A DNA stretch of 64,000 bases from contig CAWGED010000019.1 of assembly GCA_963821525.1 (NCBI GenBank), forward strand, positions 512,001 through 576,000, in the 5' to 3' direction. The notes beneath the pieces are model-generated. The model saw nothing but the letters and a program-made list of their open reading frames with translations. It searched no databases and had not been told where the DNA came from. A program made the position numbers and the translations under genes. Each line of letters begins with the position of its first letter. Position 1 is the first letter of the stretch. Below, piece after piece: positions 11,083 to 21,012 of this stretch. The stretch comes from an uncultured Gemmatimonadales bacterium. GTDB taxonomy: Bacteria; Gemmatimonadota; Gemmatimonadetes; Gemmatimonadales; GWC2-71-9.

Positions 11083-11868
11083 ATGAAGATCGCGCTTACC
11101 ATCGCCGGATCAGACTCGGGCGGCGGCGCCGGCATCCAGGCCGACCTCAAGACCTTCAACCAGTTCAAGGTCTTCGGCACCAGCGTCATCACCGCGATCA
11201 CCGCGCAAAACACGAAGGGAGTGCGTGCGGTGCATCCGGTCCCTCCCGAGATCGTGCGGGCCCAACTCGAGGCGCTGGCCGAAGACCTGCCACCGGCCGG
11301 CTTCAAGACCGGCATGCTCGCCACGTCGGAATTGGTCCGCATGGTAGCGGACGCTGTCACCGAATTCGACTGGCCCAACTATGTCTGCGACCCGGTCATG
11401 GTCGCCACGTCGGGAGACCGGCTGCTCGATGCCGATGCCGAAGCGGTCATGCGGGAAAAGCTGGTCCCGCTCGCGGCGCTGGTGACGCCGAACCTGGACG
11501 AGGCCGCGATTCTCACCGGTACCGATCCGCGCGATCCCGAATCCATGGAGCAAGCCGGCCGTCGTCTGCTCGAGCTGGGCGCCGGCGCTGCGTTAGTGAA
11601 GGGCGGTCACCTGGTCGGAGATGAGGTAACCGACGTTCTGGTGACTGCGGGCGGAGTCCGCAACTATCGGCACCCTCGCATCCAGACCAGATCCACTCAC
11701 GGCACCGGTTGCACGCTTTCCGCCGCCATCACCGCTGGACTGGCCGCCGGTCGCGACGTCGAGTCGGCGGTTACCGCCGGGCTGGATTTCGTGTTCCGCG
11801 CGATGAAGTCGGCTCCAGCACTCGGATCCGGACGGGGACCGCTCGATCACACGGTCCGAGCCAGCTGA
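11083..11868 (+). CDS. thiD: Hydroxymethylpyrimidine/phosphomethylpyrimidine kinase
   Basis: [26 protein letters not shown] and [12 protein letters not shown]. Confidence 0.97.
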   Translation: MKIALTIAGSDSGGGAGIQADLKTFNQFKVFGTSVITAITAQNTKGVRAVHPVPPEIVRAQLEALAEDLPPAGFKTGMLATSELVRMVADAVTEFDWPNYVCDPVMVATSGDRLLDADAEAVMREKLVPLAALVTPNLDEAAILTGTDPRDPESMEQAGRRLLELGAGAALVKGGHLVGDEVTDVLVTAGGVRNYRHPRIQTRSTHGTGCTLSAAITAGLAAGRDVESAVTAGLDFVFRAMKSAPALGSGRGPLDHTVRAS

Positions 11869-11871
11869 AGG

Positions 11872-12696
11872 TCAGCCGGCCTGGAGCCGTGGCGCCAGTG
11901 TCTTGAGCAGTTGTCCCAGCGCGGCCGTCGCCCGCCCGGCAACGGCTAACACGTCGGCGTGAGTGAGCGGCGTCGTTTCCATCCCCGCCGCAAGATTGCT
12001 GATCAAAGAGAAGCCGAGGCAGCGCAGGCCGCTCGCCCGCGCGGCAACGATCTCTGGAACCGTTGACATTCCTACCGCGTCGGCGCCGAGACGTTCCAGC
12101 ATCCGGATTTCGGCCGCTGTTTCGTAGCTCGGCCCCAGCACGCCGGCGTAGACACCTTCCTGCAGGCCAATCCCCAGACTCTTCGCAGAATCCCGGGCGA
12201 GAAGTTTAAGCTCGGGATCGTAGGGGTCCGACATGTCGGGGAAGCGCTCTTCACCTGCAACGACCGGGCCCGCCAGCACGCTCCGAAAGCTCAAGTTGAT
12301 GTGGTCGCCGATCAGCATCAGGTCGCCCGGGCGAAAGGTTCGCCGGAGACCACCAGCGGCGTTGGTCAAAATGAGAGTCTTGACCCCGATGCGGGCGAAC
12401 GCGCGAACCAGGAGTACGCTCGCCGCAGGCTCCCCACCTTCGTAAAGGTGCACCCTACCACTTTGGCAGAGGACAGGAATCGAGTTGAGGGTCCCCGCCA
12501 CCACCTCTCCCGAGTGGCCCTGAACCTTCGCCTCGGGCATCCCGGGAATTTCACCGAAGGGCAGGCGTCGAACATTCTCCAGCAGGTCGGTGATGCCGGC
12601 CATGCCGGAGCCAAGAACGATGGCGACGCTCGGCCGCAGCTCGCCACTGAGTTGCCGCAATGCATCGGCGGCCTGCTCCAGCTCCGCTGAACTCAC
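11872..12696 (-). CDS. punA: Purine nucleoside phosphorylase (trimeric PunA/XapA type)
   Basis: VLGSG, GRVHLYEG, TNAAGG, GPSYET.AE and VGMSTVPE. Confidence 0.92.
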   Translation of the reverse strand: MSSAELEQAADALRQLSGELRPSVAIVLGSGMAGITDLLENVRRLPFGEIPGMPEAKVQGHSGEVVAGTLNSIPVLCQSGRVHLYEGGEPAASVLLVRAFARIGVKTLILTNAAGGLRRTFRPGDLMLIGDHINLSFRSVLAGPVVAGEERFPDMSDPYDPELKLLARDSAKSLGIGLQEGVYAGVLGPSYETAAEIRMLERLGADAVGMSTVPEIVAARASGLRCLGFSLISNLAAGMETTPLTHADVLAVAGRATAALGQLLKTLAPRLQAG

Positions 12697-13718
12697 TGCA
12701 AATCCTCGAGGCGATGACGGAAGTCAGTGACCAGCGCCTGGCGCCGGGCGAGCGGAAGGAATGCCGCCGCCGCTCCATTCAGGATCAGACGGTCGATGTC
12801 GGCGCGACGGAAACCCAGCTCAGTGTGGGCCCGCCAGTATTCGCCCGAGAGGGTGACCCCGCTTATCAGCCAGTTATCGGTCGAGAGCGTCACCGCGATG
12901 CCCGCCCGAAAGAATTTGCGTAATGGATGGGCGGCGTAGCTCGGTACCGCCCGAGTCTGCACGTTGCTGGTGAGACTCACTTCGAGGGAAATCTCCCGGT
13001 CCCGGACGTAGGCTAGAAGTGCCTGATCCTCTCCCAACCGGGTTCCGTGGCCGATCCGCTCCGCCCTGCATTCATACACCGCTTCGGCGATCGACTCGGC
13101 GCCCGCCGCCTCACCGGCGTGCACGGTGATGCCGAGTCCTCCCCGGGCAGCGATCTCGAATGCGGTGCGGTGAGGCGCCGCGGGTTGCCCTGCCTCACCG
13201 CCAGCGATATCGAAGCCCACGACGCCGTGCTCCCGCGCGGCAACGGCGGCTCGGGCGATCTCCTCCGAGACTGCCGGGTCGAGGTGCCGCAGCGTACACG
13301 CGATGAAGCCGGTGCTGATTCCCACATCCGCCTCGCCGCGACCGAGCCCGCGTCCGATCGCCGCGAGAACGTCCGGCATCGCGAGCCCACCGGTGCAGCT
13401 CAGGACCGGACAGTATCTCACCTCGAGATGGCGAACGCCGTCGGCACCGGCGTCCACCACCATCTCGTACGCCACCCGTTCCAGGGCCTCCGGCGTCTGC
13501 AGAACGGCAATCGTGAGCGCGAACCGTTCGAGGTACTCCGCGAGATCTCTCACTCCATCCGCCTTCATGAAGCGAGCGACCTCGACCGGATCCTTCGATG
13601 GGAGGTTCACCCTCGCGGACTGGGCCAGCTCGATCAGTGTTGCCGGACGCAGTGAACCATCGAGGTGGACGTGCAGCTCCGCCTTAGGCAGGCGGACCAA
13701 CAGCTCAGGCGAGAGCAT
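12693..13718 (-). CDS. add: Adenosine deaminase
   Basis: PKAELHVHLDGS, HAGE, RIGHG and LSTDN. Confidence 0.95.
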   Translation of the reverse strand: MLSPELLVRLPKAELHVHLDGSLRPATLIELAQSARVNLPSKDPVEVARFMKADGVRDLAEYLERFALTIAVLQTPEALERVAYEMVVDAGADGVRHLEVRYCPVLSCTGGLAMPDVLAAIGRGLGRGEADVGISTGFIACTLRHLDPAVSEEIARAAVAAREHGVVGFDIAGGEAGQPAAPHRTAFEIAARGGLGITVHAGEAAGAESIAEAVYECRAERIGHGTRLGEDQALLAYVRDREISLEVSLTSNVQTRAVPSYAAHPLRKFFRAGIAVTLSTDNWLISGVTLSGEYWRAHTELGFRRADIDRLILNGAAAAFLPLARRQALVTDFRHRLEDLQ

Positions 13719-13953
13719 CGTCGTCTGGAGAATCGCCGCGGCGACTGGAAACGATGATCCGGAGAATCGCGCCGTTGGTAAGCGTTTGGTCGAGAGGAAG
13801 GTCGAGCCCTCGGCCGTCGGTGACTTTGGCCTTCCCCGACTCCAGCGACTGGCTCAATTCCGGCTCGACCAGACGAATGGCCTCGGCCACCTGCGTCCCC
13901 GCGGGGAGATCAACCGCCCGCTGGTTCAGATAGACCCGGATCGTCTCCGGCAT
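13705..13953 (-). CDS. Small protein, probable beta-grasp (ThiS/MoaD-like) fold without terminal GG
   Basis: MPETIRVYLNQRAVDLPAGTQVAEAI..LTNGAILRI; start overlaps the upstream stop (TGATG) and the stop lies inside the add start region. Confidence 0.65.
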   Translation of the reverse strand: MPETIRVYLNQRAVDLPAGTQVAEAIRLVEPELSQSLESGKAKVTDGRGLDLPLDQTLTNGAILRIIVSSRRGDSPDDDALA

Positions 13954-16277
13954 CAGCGGGCAGGCAGGAGGCGGATGCTCTCCGGAGGAACGACCGGCTG
14001 GGGGAGACGGCGCAGATAGTCGCGCAGGGCGTCGGTGCCGGTAAGATCGCTCTCGGTCACCGGCCAGCGGCTGAGTAGCCCGCTGGCGGCGCAGCCCTTC
14101 CCGGATGCGCACTTGGTGCCGCCGAGTGTGAAGGATTCTCCCTCGACAAGGTGCCGGCTGATGACGACCTGATAGGTGACTTTGGCTTCGAGCTCGCGGC
14201 CACTGGAGAATCGCACCGACCTGACGCGCTGCAGGCTGGGCTTCGCCGGCGCGTAGGTGAGGGTGGCGCCCGAGATCTCACAACAGGGCGTTTCTCCCTC
14301 GACCAGATGCTCGAAGACCCACCGGAGGTCGTCGCCCCGAATGCTGAGTTTGAGCAACTGATCACCTCCCGGAACGGCTGCGCGGAGGTCCTGCTCCCCC
14401 ACGTCACCCGAGTTCAGATCCTGGGCACCTTCGGGCGCGGCTACGATGGCGAGGTCGGCGCGCAGGCTGCTGCGGTAGGCGTCGGCCATCAGCCGGAGCA
14501 GCGATCCTCCGGGGCCTGCGGATGCCGGCAGTTTCATTGTGGCAACCGTCTCATCCGGCGGAGCGAGGTAAAGCTCGGGCGTATCGTTCGCCGGTACCAC
14601 CGCAGGCAGCGCTACTGGAGCACTCGCCGTCGTCGGCGCGGGAGCGGGTTTCCCGGGTCTCACGAACAACGCCCGCGCAGCGAGGGCTGCGGAGTCGGGA
14701 ACCAGCTTCCACGATGAGCCGGCGAACGCTGCGGGATCCAGCTCCTTCCGGCGGCGAACTTCGTTGATCAGCAGGTCGCGGATTCGTTCACCCCGGTCGT
14801 ACACGACCGGAGCATCGCGAAGCATCGGGTAGTTCCCTTCCCCCGCCTGGCGGAGACTCCCGAGTGCCAAGGTAAAGCTGTCTGTCGGCTGCACCGGCTT
14901 GCCACGCACCGATAGTTCCGTGATCCGCGATCCGGCCGGTCGAGACAGGTCCACCGTGTACTCGGCGCCACCGATCACATCGTAGTTGGGCCCCGGTACA
15001 TAGGCGTTGGTAAAGACGGCGCCGGCCGAATCCACATACCAATAGCGCGCGCTCTGCTCCAGGTAGTTTCGAAGTCCCTCGCCTGAGATACGCACCGCGC
15101 GCAGCGTGTTTTCCGACGGGTAGATCCGGTAGACATCCCCGACGCTGATCTCCCCGGTGTCGAAGCCGGCGCGGATGTCGTAGATCGGCGTGGATGCCAG
15201 GTCCGCGCCCGCGGCGCGACGCTCGACCTCATTGATGAACCGGATGAGCGGGGTGTCCTCGACGCGTCCGGTCGCCGCCCGCATGAATCCAGTCGCTACA
15301 CCGATGGTCTGCGACATCCAGTTCGAAACTGCCGCCTGTTTTTCGGCGAGACGTTCCTCGACCCGGCGCGATGGAGCGACTCCGTCGAGCAACACCCGTC
15401 CCGCTCGAACGCTGGTCACCCGCCAAGTGCCACTGCGCCGACTCAGGAGTATGTGAACTACGGCGAGACTCTGCCCGAACGGCTTGGGCTGGACGAAATG
15501 CACACCTCCCCGGACCGAGTCCACCATCTCTCTATGAGAATGGCCGACGATCACGAGGTCCGGGCGCACCGGTCCTTCAGCCAGCCTCGCTGCAACATTC
15601 TCGGCGCCTATGCCCGTGGTGTCGTAGCTGCTGGACCCTTCCAGCCCGGTGTGGGCGAGCACTATGGCGAGGTCCGCGTCCTTCCGCATTTCACCCAAGG
15701 CGGTTCTCGCCTCTTCGGCGATCGGCGCCAGCCGCAACCGGCCATGCACCTGGTCCCGGTTCCAGACCATGACGCCGGTCGTGGTGAAGCCCGAGATCCC
15801 CACCCGGATGCCGTTCCGTTGCAGGACCACATAGGGACGGAGTTCCAGGGTGTCCTCGGGAAGGACCCGGATGTTCGCGCTGACAAAGGGGAAGGTCGCG
15901 GCCGAGAGCGCGCGATCGAGGAGCGGCACGCCGAAATCGAAATCGTGGTTTCCCACGGTGGCTGCGTCGTAGCCCACCTGGTTCATCGCGTCCACGATCG
16001 GATGCGGGTCTTGTGGCTCGACCCCACCGTAGTATGCCGCGAAGGGGGTGCCTTCCAGAGCATCGCCCGCATCGACGACTACGACCTGATCAGGATAGCG
16101 ATGGCGGAGAGAATCGATTGCCGTGGCGGCGCGGGCCAGGGCACCAGGGGCCGGTGCATGCCGGCCAAAGTCCCAAGCGACCGCCTGACCATGAAGGTCG
16201 GAAGTCGCCACCACCACAATGCGGGCGGTGTCAGGTGTCTGCAGGGCGAGTACCGCGAACGCGGCGAGAAACACCAT
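13953..16277 (-). CDS. Secreted 2',3'-cyclic-nucleotide phosphodiesterase / 5'-nucleotidase family protein with a second 5'-nucleotidase C-terminal-like domain
   Basis: TSDLHG, DAGD, GNHDFDFG, AHTG and GHSH metallophosphoesterase motifs; alternative GTG start at 16310. Confidence 0.9.
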   Translation of the reverse strand: MVFLAAFAVLALQTPDTARIVVVATSDLHGQAVAWDFGRHAPAPGALARAATAIDSLRHRYPDQVVVVDAGDALEGTPFAAYYGGVEPQDPHPIVDAMNQVGYDAATVGNHDFDFGVPLLDRALSAATFPFVSANIRVLPEDTLELRPYVVLQRNGIRVGISGFTTTGVMVWNRDQVHGRLRLAPIAEEARTALGEMRKDADLAIVLAHTGLEGSSSYDTTGIGAENVAARLAEGPVRPDLVIVGHSHREMVDSVRGGVHFVQPKPFGQSLAVVHILLSRRSGTWRVTSVRAGRVLLDGVAPSRRVEERLAEKQAAVSNWMSQTIGVATGFMRAATGRVEDTPLIRFINEVERRAAGADLASTPIYDIRAGFDTGEISVGDVYRIYPSENTLRAVRISGEGLRNYLEQSARYWYVDSAGAVFTNAYVPGPNYDVIGGAEYTVDLSRPAGSRITELSVRGKPVQPTDSFTLALGSLRQAGEGNYPMLRDAPVVYDRGERIRDLLINEVRRRKELDPAAFAGSSWKLVPDSAALAARALFVRPGKPAPAPTTASAPVALPAVVPANDTPELYLAPPDETVATMKLPASAGPGGSLLRLMADAYRSSLRADLAIVAAPEGAQDLNSGDVGEQDLRAAVPGGDQLLKLSIRGDDLRWVFEHLVEGETPCCEISGATLTYAPAKPSLQRVRSVRFSSGRELEAKVTYQVVISRHLVEGESFTLGGTKCASGKGCAASGLLSRWPVTESDLTGTDALRDYLRRLPQPVVPPESIRLLPAR

Positions 16278-16352
16278 TACCTGAAATATCCCCGGTGGGG
16301 CATGGCGCACGCAACGTCAGGCGGCGCGACTTGCGCAGCGCGCCTGTCCTGT

Positions 16353-16372
16353 GTATTCGTTTTGCCGCATAT
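16353..16372. promoter_or_regulatory. Possible ArsR autoregulatory operator (imperfect palindrome GTATTCG-N6-CGCATAT)
   Basis: Abuts the ArsR ATG and overlaps a candidate -10 placed 17 nt after TTGCGC. Confidence 0.35.
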
Positions 16373-16744
16373 ATGGAGACCCCCCTGTCGCTGGCCGACC
16401 TCCTGGCGGCGCTGGCCGAGCCGACTCGGCTGCGCATTGTCAACTGTCTCGCCATCGCACCGCTCTTCGTGTCGGATCTCCAGGCCATTCTCGACATTCC
16501 CCAGCCAACCGTGTCCCGCCACCTCAAGGTGCTCCGCACCGCCGAGCTGGTGCGCGACACGCCGATTGCCCAGTTCGTGCTCTACCGGTTGCGCCGGCCT
16601 CCTGATGCTCATGGACGACTGCTCGCGGCCGCTCTCGATGCAGCCAATCTGGATCCCGCGCTCCGGGCCGAGCGTCAGCAGGCCTTGGAGCGGAGTCGCC
16701 GGACGACGCAGGCGCGTACCGAGTCAGGAGCTCGCACCGCATGA
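16373..16744 (+). CDS. ArsR/SmtB family transcriptional regulator
   Basis: ALAEPTRLRIV and QPTVSRHLKVLR.AELV wHTH; ATGA overlap with phoB. Confidence 0.9.
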   Translation: METPLSLADLLAALAEPTRLRIVNCLAIAPLFVSDLQAILDIPQPTVSRHLKVLRTAELVRDTPIAQFVLYRLRRPPDAHGRLLAAALDAANLDPALRAERQQALERSRRTTQARTESGARTA

Positions 16745-17448
16745 CCAACCGCATCCTCGTGGTGGACGACGAGCCGGACATCACGGCGCTGGTCGCCTAC
16801 CATCTGGCGAAGGCCGGGTATCGAGTCTCAACCGCGGCGAACGGCCCCGACGCGCTGAAGGCGGCGCGGGAGGAACGACCCGACATCGTGGTTCTCGACG
16901 TGATGCTCCCGGGTGTCTCGGGATATGACGTCCTGGCCGAGATGCGACGGCGCGAGGAGACAAGGGACGTCGGGGTAATCCTGCTGACGGCACGGCGCGA
17001 GGAGGCGGACCGGATCCGCGGCCTGTCGCTGGGCGCCGACGATTATCTGACCAAGCCCTTCTCGCCGGCGGAACTCGCGCTGCGGGTGACGGCGCTGCTC
17101 CGGCGCCTCGGAGCGCCGGCGGTCACCAGCGGATCGACGCTCACCGCCGGTCCGATCGCCATCGATCGCTCAGCCCATCGGGTGGCGGTTGATACGAAGG
17201 ACATCGACCTCACTGCTACCGAGTACAAGCTGCTCCTGACCCTCGTCGAGCGGCGGGGCCGGGTGCAGACTCGACCGCAGCTGCTGGAAACGGTTTGGGA
17301 AGCCCAGCCCGACATCCAGACCCGCACGGTGGACATGCACGTGCAGCGGCTCCGGAGCAAACTGGGTGATGCGGGTGATCTGATCGAAACGGTCCGCGGG
17401 TTCGGCTATCGATTCCGCAGCAACGAAAAGGGAGTGAAGAAGATTTGA
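16741..17448 (+). CDS. phoB: PhoB-like OmpR-family response regulator
   Basis: VVDDE, LDVMLP, GADDYLTKPF, TRTVDMHVQRLR and ETVRGFGY; upstream of the pst cluster. Confidence 0.88.
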   Translation: MTNRILVVDDEPDITALVAYHLAKAGYRVSTAANGPDALKAAREERPDIVVLDVMLPGVSGYDVLAEMRRREETRDVGVILLTARREEADRIRGLSLGADDYLTKPFSPAELALRVTALLRRLGAPAVTSGSTLTAGPIAIDRSAHRVAVDTKDIDLTATEYKLLLTLVERRGRVQTRPQLLETVWEAQPDIQTRTVDMHVQRLRSKLGDAGDLIETVRGFGYRFRSNEKGVKKI

Positions 17449-19200
17449 GGTTCGCCGGCCGCCTGGTACTGGGAACCATCCTGGTCGTGGTCTTCGTGGT
17501 GCTCACGATCGTGAGCGCTTCCGAGGTTTCGCTCCGGCGTGACCTCGAGGCGGACATTGCCACATCGCTGGAACGGGAGGCCCGGCTCGTTTCCAATGCG
17601 CTGCCGACCGATTCCACCGAATGGGAAGCGACGGTCAAGCGGCTCGGGGCGGAGAGCGGCCTTCGGATCACGCTCATTGACTCGGCCGGGCGGGTGCGGG
17701 CGGAGAGCGACGTCCCCGAGGAGAGGGTACCAGTCATCGAGAACCACGCGAATCGCCCAGAGGTGATCGCGGCCCTGCAGAACGGAGTCGGCAGCAACAA
17801 GCGCACGAGTGCCACAATCGGCGAGCCGCTGTTGTACGTCGCGGTGCGAGGTGGGCCGGGCATCGTCCGGGTTGCCGCCCGAATTCCCCAAGTCGATCGA
17901 GTGGTGAAACGAGCCCAGCACTCGGTGCTGGGTGCCGCGTTGCTGGCTCTGGTGATCGGATGCATCCTGGCCACGATTGCGGCGCGCTCCGTGGCGCGCC
18001 CGCTCACCCAGATCACCGGTGCCGCCCGCGCGATCGCGCAGGGCGCACCTCCGCGATTCCCCCGCTCCACCATCCCCGACGTCAACGCGCTGGTTCGCGC
18101 GCTCCGGGAGATGAACAACCAGTTCGGGGAACGGTACGAGGCGCTGAGAGTAGGGAAAGCCGAGAGCGTCGCGATCGTCGAAGCGATGGCGGAGGGAGTC
18201 ATCGCCGCCGACAACAAGGGCCACGTCGTCATCGCCAACGCCGCCGCGCGGCGACTGCTGGGATACGAGCCCGACGCCCAGCTGCCCGAGCTGGCCCAGT
18301 TGTTCCGCGCCAAGGCGGCGAGAGACGTGGTTTCGACAGTAATCGCCGGCATCACCAGCGGCGGGCGGGAGCTGGATCTGGGTGATTGCGTCGTGATGAT
18401 CAGCGGGCGTCCGCTGCCGGGAGGCGGGGCGCTGCTGGTGCTCCACGATGTCACCGAGATCAGGAGACTCGAAGCGGTGCGCCGGGATTTCGTGGCGAAT
18501 GTGTCCCACGAGCTCAAGACCCCGCTGACCTCGATTTCAGGCTACGCGGAGACGCTGGTAGGCGAGCAGCCGGATCCGGCGACGACCAAGCGTTTCCTCG
18601 AGGTGATCCTCGCCAACGCGCGGCGCATGCACCGTCTGGTGGACGGCCTGCTGGATCTCTCGAGGATCGAGTCGGGCGGGTGGCACCCGGTGATCGAGCC
18701 GCTGGACGCTCCCGAGCGTCGTGCGGGAGACCTGGGGACTCTTCGCCGAGCGGGCCGCGGCGCGGAATATCGGCTTCGTGCCGCGGTTCGATGGCCAGGC
18801 GGGAACGATTCAGGCCGATCCCGATGCCCTGCGCCAGATCCTGACCAATCTCTTCGACAATGCGCTGCGCTACACCCAGCCGGGCGGCCGCATCACGGTG
18901 ACGCTGGCGCCCGACGAAGGCGGAGTGCGGCTCTCGGTGAGCGATAACGGCTCGGGAATTACCCCGGAACATCTCCCGCGGATCTTCGAACGCTTCTACC
19001 GGGCCGATCCGGCGCGCTCGCGCGAGGAGGGCGGCACCGGTTTGGGTCTGGCGATTGTCAAGCATCTGGTCGAAGCACACGGCGGGAGTGTCGAGGCGGA
19101 AAGCCAATGGGGACAGGGGACTACGATCTCCTGTCGATTCCCTGCTCCGACAGAAATTAGATCGTCGCCCGATCGTGACTCGCTAATCGCGAGTATGTGA
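17445..19200 (+). CDS. phoR: PhoR-like sensor histidine kinase; frameshift near 18715
   Basis: Two TM helices, HAMP, PAS-like region, DFVANVSHELKTPLT; ATPase motifs (NLFDNA, GTGLGLAI) in ORF 18721-19200. Confidence 0.88.
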
Positions 19201-19208
19201 CTCCCCGC

Positions 19209-19234
19209 CGCGTCATTTTAGTAACGATGACGCG
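19209..19234. promoter_or_regulatory. Perfect 8-bp inverted repeat CGCGTCAT-N10-ATGACGCG between phoR and the PAP2 gene (hairpin or operator)
   Basis: Seen directly; no U-tract follows. Confidence 0.4.
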
Positions 19235-19264
19235 AGGCGACATCTGCAGCAGCTGATAGATGGA

Positions 19265-19759
19265 ATGAACGCGCTGGACCGGACCTGGCTCCTGGCGCTC
19301 TGTGACCGTCAGGCTCCGCGCTGGCTCGATCGAACTCTTCGCCTTACCACCCACCTCGGCGGTTTCGCCGCCACGGCGCTCGTCAGTCTCGTTCTCCTGA
19401 TCATTCCCGGCACCCGGCAACTCGGAATCGCCATGACGGTGGCGAATGCCGCGTCCCACCTGATCGTGCAGGTCTTGAAGCGCAGCGTGGTGCGGCCCCG
19501 GCCCGACAACAGCGGAGTCCTGGCGCTCACGCTGAATCCCGACGCCTTCTCCTTCCCTTCCGGCCACGCCTGTGCCGCGATGACGCTCGCCGTCACAGCC
19601 ATCTGCGACAATCCGCTCTCAGGACTCCCCGCGCTGGGCCTGGCACTCCTGGTCGGCGCCTCGCGGGTCTACCTCAGGGTCCACTATGTGACCGACGTGG
19701 TGGTGGGCCAACTGGTCGGAGCGGCGACCGCCGCAGTGGTATCCCTCGCCCTCCTGTAG
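19265..19759 (+). CDS. PAP2-family membrane phosphatase
   Basis: KRSVVRPRP, SFPSGH and SRVYLRVHYVTDV motifs. Confidence 0.93.
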   Translation: MNALDRTWLLALCDRQAPRWLDRTLRLTTHLGGFAATALVSLVLLIIPGTRQLGIAMTVANAASHLIVQVLKRSVVRPRPDNSGVLALTLNPDAFSFPSGHACAAMTLAVTAICDNPLSGLPALGLALLVGASRVYLRVHYVTDVVVGQLVGAATAAVVSLALL

Positions 19760-20854
19760 AGCGCCTCGAGTTGGTCCAATTCCCGAGACCAGTCCCTGCC
19801 CTGCGCGAAGGCGCGGGCTGCCTGTCCCATCGCTTCCCGTCTTTCCCGATCCTTTACCAGCGATTGAATCGCCGTGGCGAATTCGGTCGCGTTGCCGGGC
19901 TCGATCAAGTGTCCCGTGATCCCCGGCATGATGCTCTCCCGGATGCCACCGGCTCCCGCACCGATCACCGGGAGCCCGGACGCCATCGCTTCGAGCGCCA
20001 CGAGACCGCAGGTCTCGGTCGGCGAGGGAAAGACAAAGAGATCGGCGTCGGCGTACAGCTCGGCCAGCCTCTCGCGGGACAGGAAGCCGAAGTGGACGAG
20101 CGAAAGGGAGCGCACGCTGTACCGAGTCAGCCTCGGGGCCGGCTCCGGCGACGCAGAAGATCGCGGCTTCGCCCAGCGCGGCGTGAGCCTGACGGAAGCT
20201 CTCGACCAGAGTCGCGGGATCCTTCTCCACGGCCAGGCGGCCGACGTGGAGGACCATCCATCGACCCGCGCAGCCCATCTCGGCTCGACGGGTCTCCGAG
20301 CGAAGCGAAGGATTGAATCGCCGCGAGTCTACCGCACCGCCCCAGACCATCGCTTGCGGAATCCCCATCTGTTGCAACTCGTACCGGGTTGCCGCGCTGG
20401 GCGTCTGCGTCGCCAGTGCCGGGCGATGAAACCAGCGCAGATATCCGCGAACCGGCTCGGTCGCATGCTTGCCGAGGTAGTGCGCCGCGTAGCGAGGAAA
20501 ATCGGTATGGAAGGACGTCACGAGCGGGAGATCGTGTCGCAAAGCAAAGGCGCGGCCGAAGAGGCCGATCGGACCCTCGGTCGCGACGTGAACCAGGTCA
20601 GGCACGAACCCCGCCGCCCAGCCACCGAGGCCTCTCCCCCAGGGCCAGGACAGCCGCACCGCCGGGTAGCCGGGACAGGGGACGCCGGGGATTCGGCGCA
20701 GCCCGCTCTCATTCGCGCTCGGGGTGCCGTATCCCGGGACCACCATCCGGACCTCGTGACCTCGGGCCTGCAACCCGTCACGCATGGTGGCCAGAACGGT
20801 GGTGACCCCGTTGATCTCGGGAAGGAAGGTGTCGCTGAAGTAGAGGATTCTCAT
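19684..20854 (-). CDS. GT4 family glycosyltransferase (Agt-like glycolipid synthase subgroup); frameshift near 20095
   Basis: SDTFLPEINGV, HVATEGPIG, SFHTDFP.Y and VGRLAVEK; ETCGLVALEAMASGLPV in ORF 19684-20115. Confidence 0.9.
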
Positions 20855-21012
20855 CGCGGAAGGTTCCCCGATCTTCGCCACGGACCGACGACAACCATGT
20901 CACAACTTCGCCGCCGGCCGTGGTTGACTCGGGACAGCCGGATCATTCAATGGTGACAATCATCCGGCACAATTCAGGCGGGATACCAGACAAAGCGAGG
21001 AGGACGCATCAC

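Noticed and set aside
20885..20975. PHO box between GT4 and the AP-family gene
   Set aside because: GTCACAA, GTGACAA and GGCACAA half-sites are present but not at a clean 11-nt period (13 nt for the best pair); left uncalled
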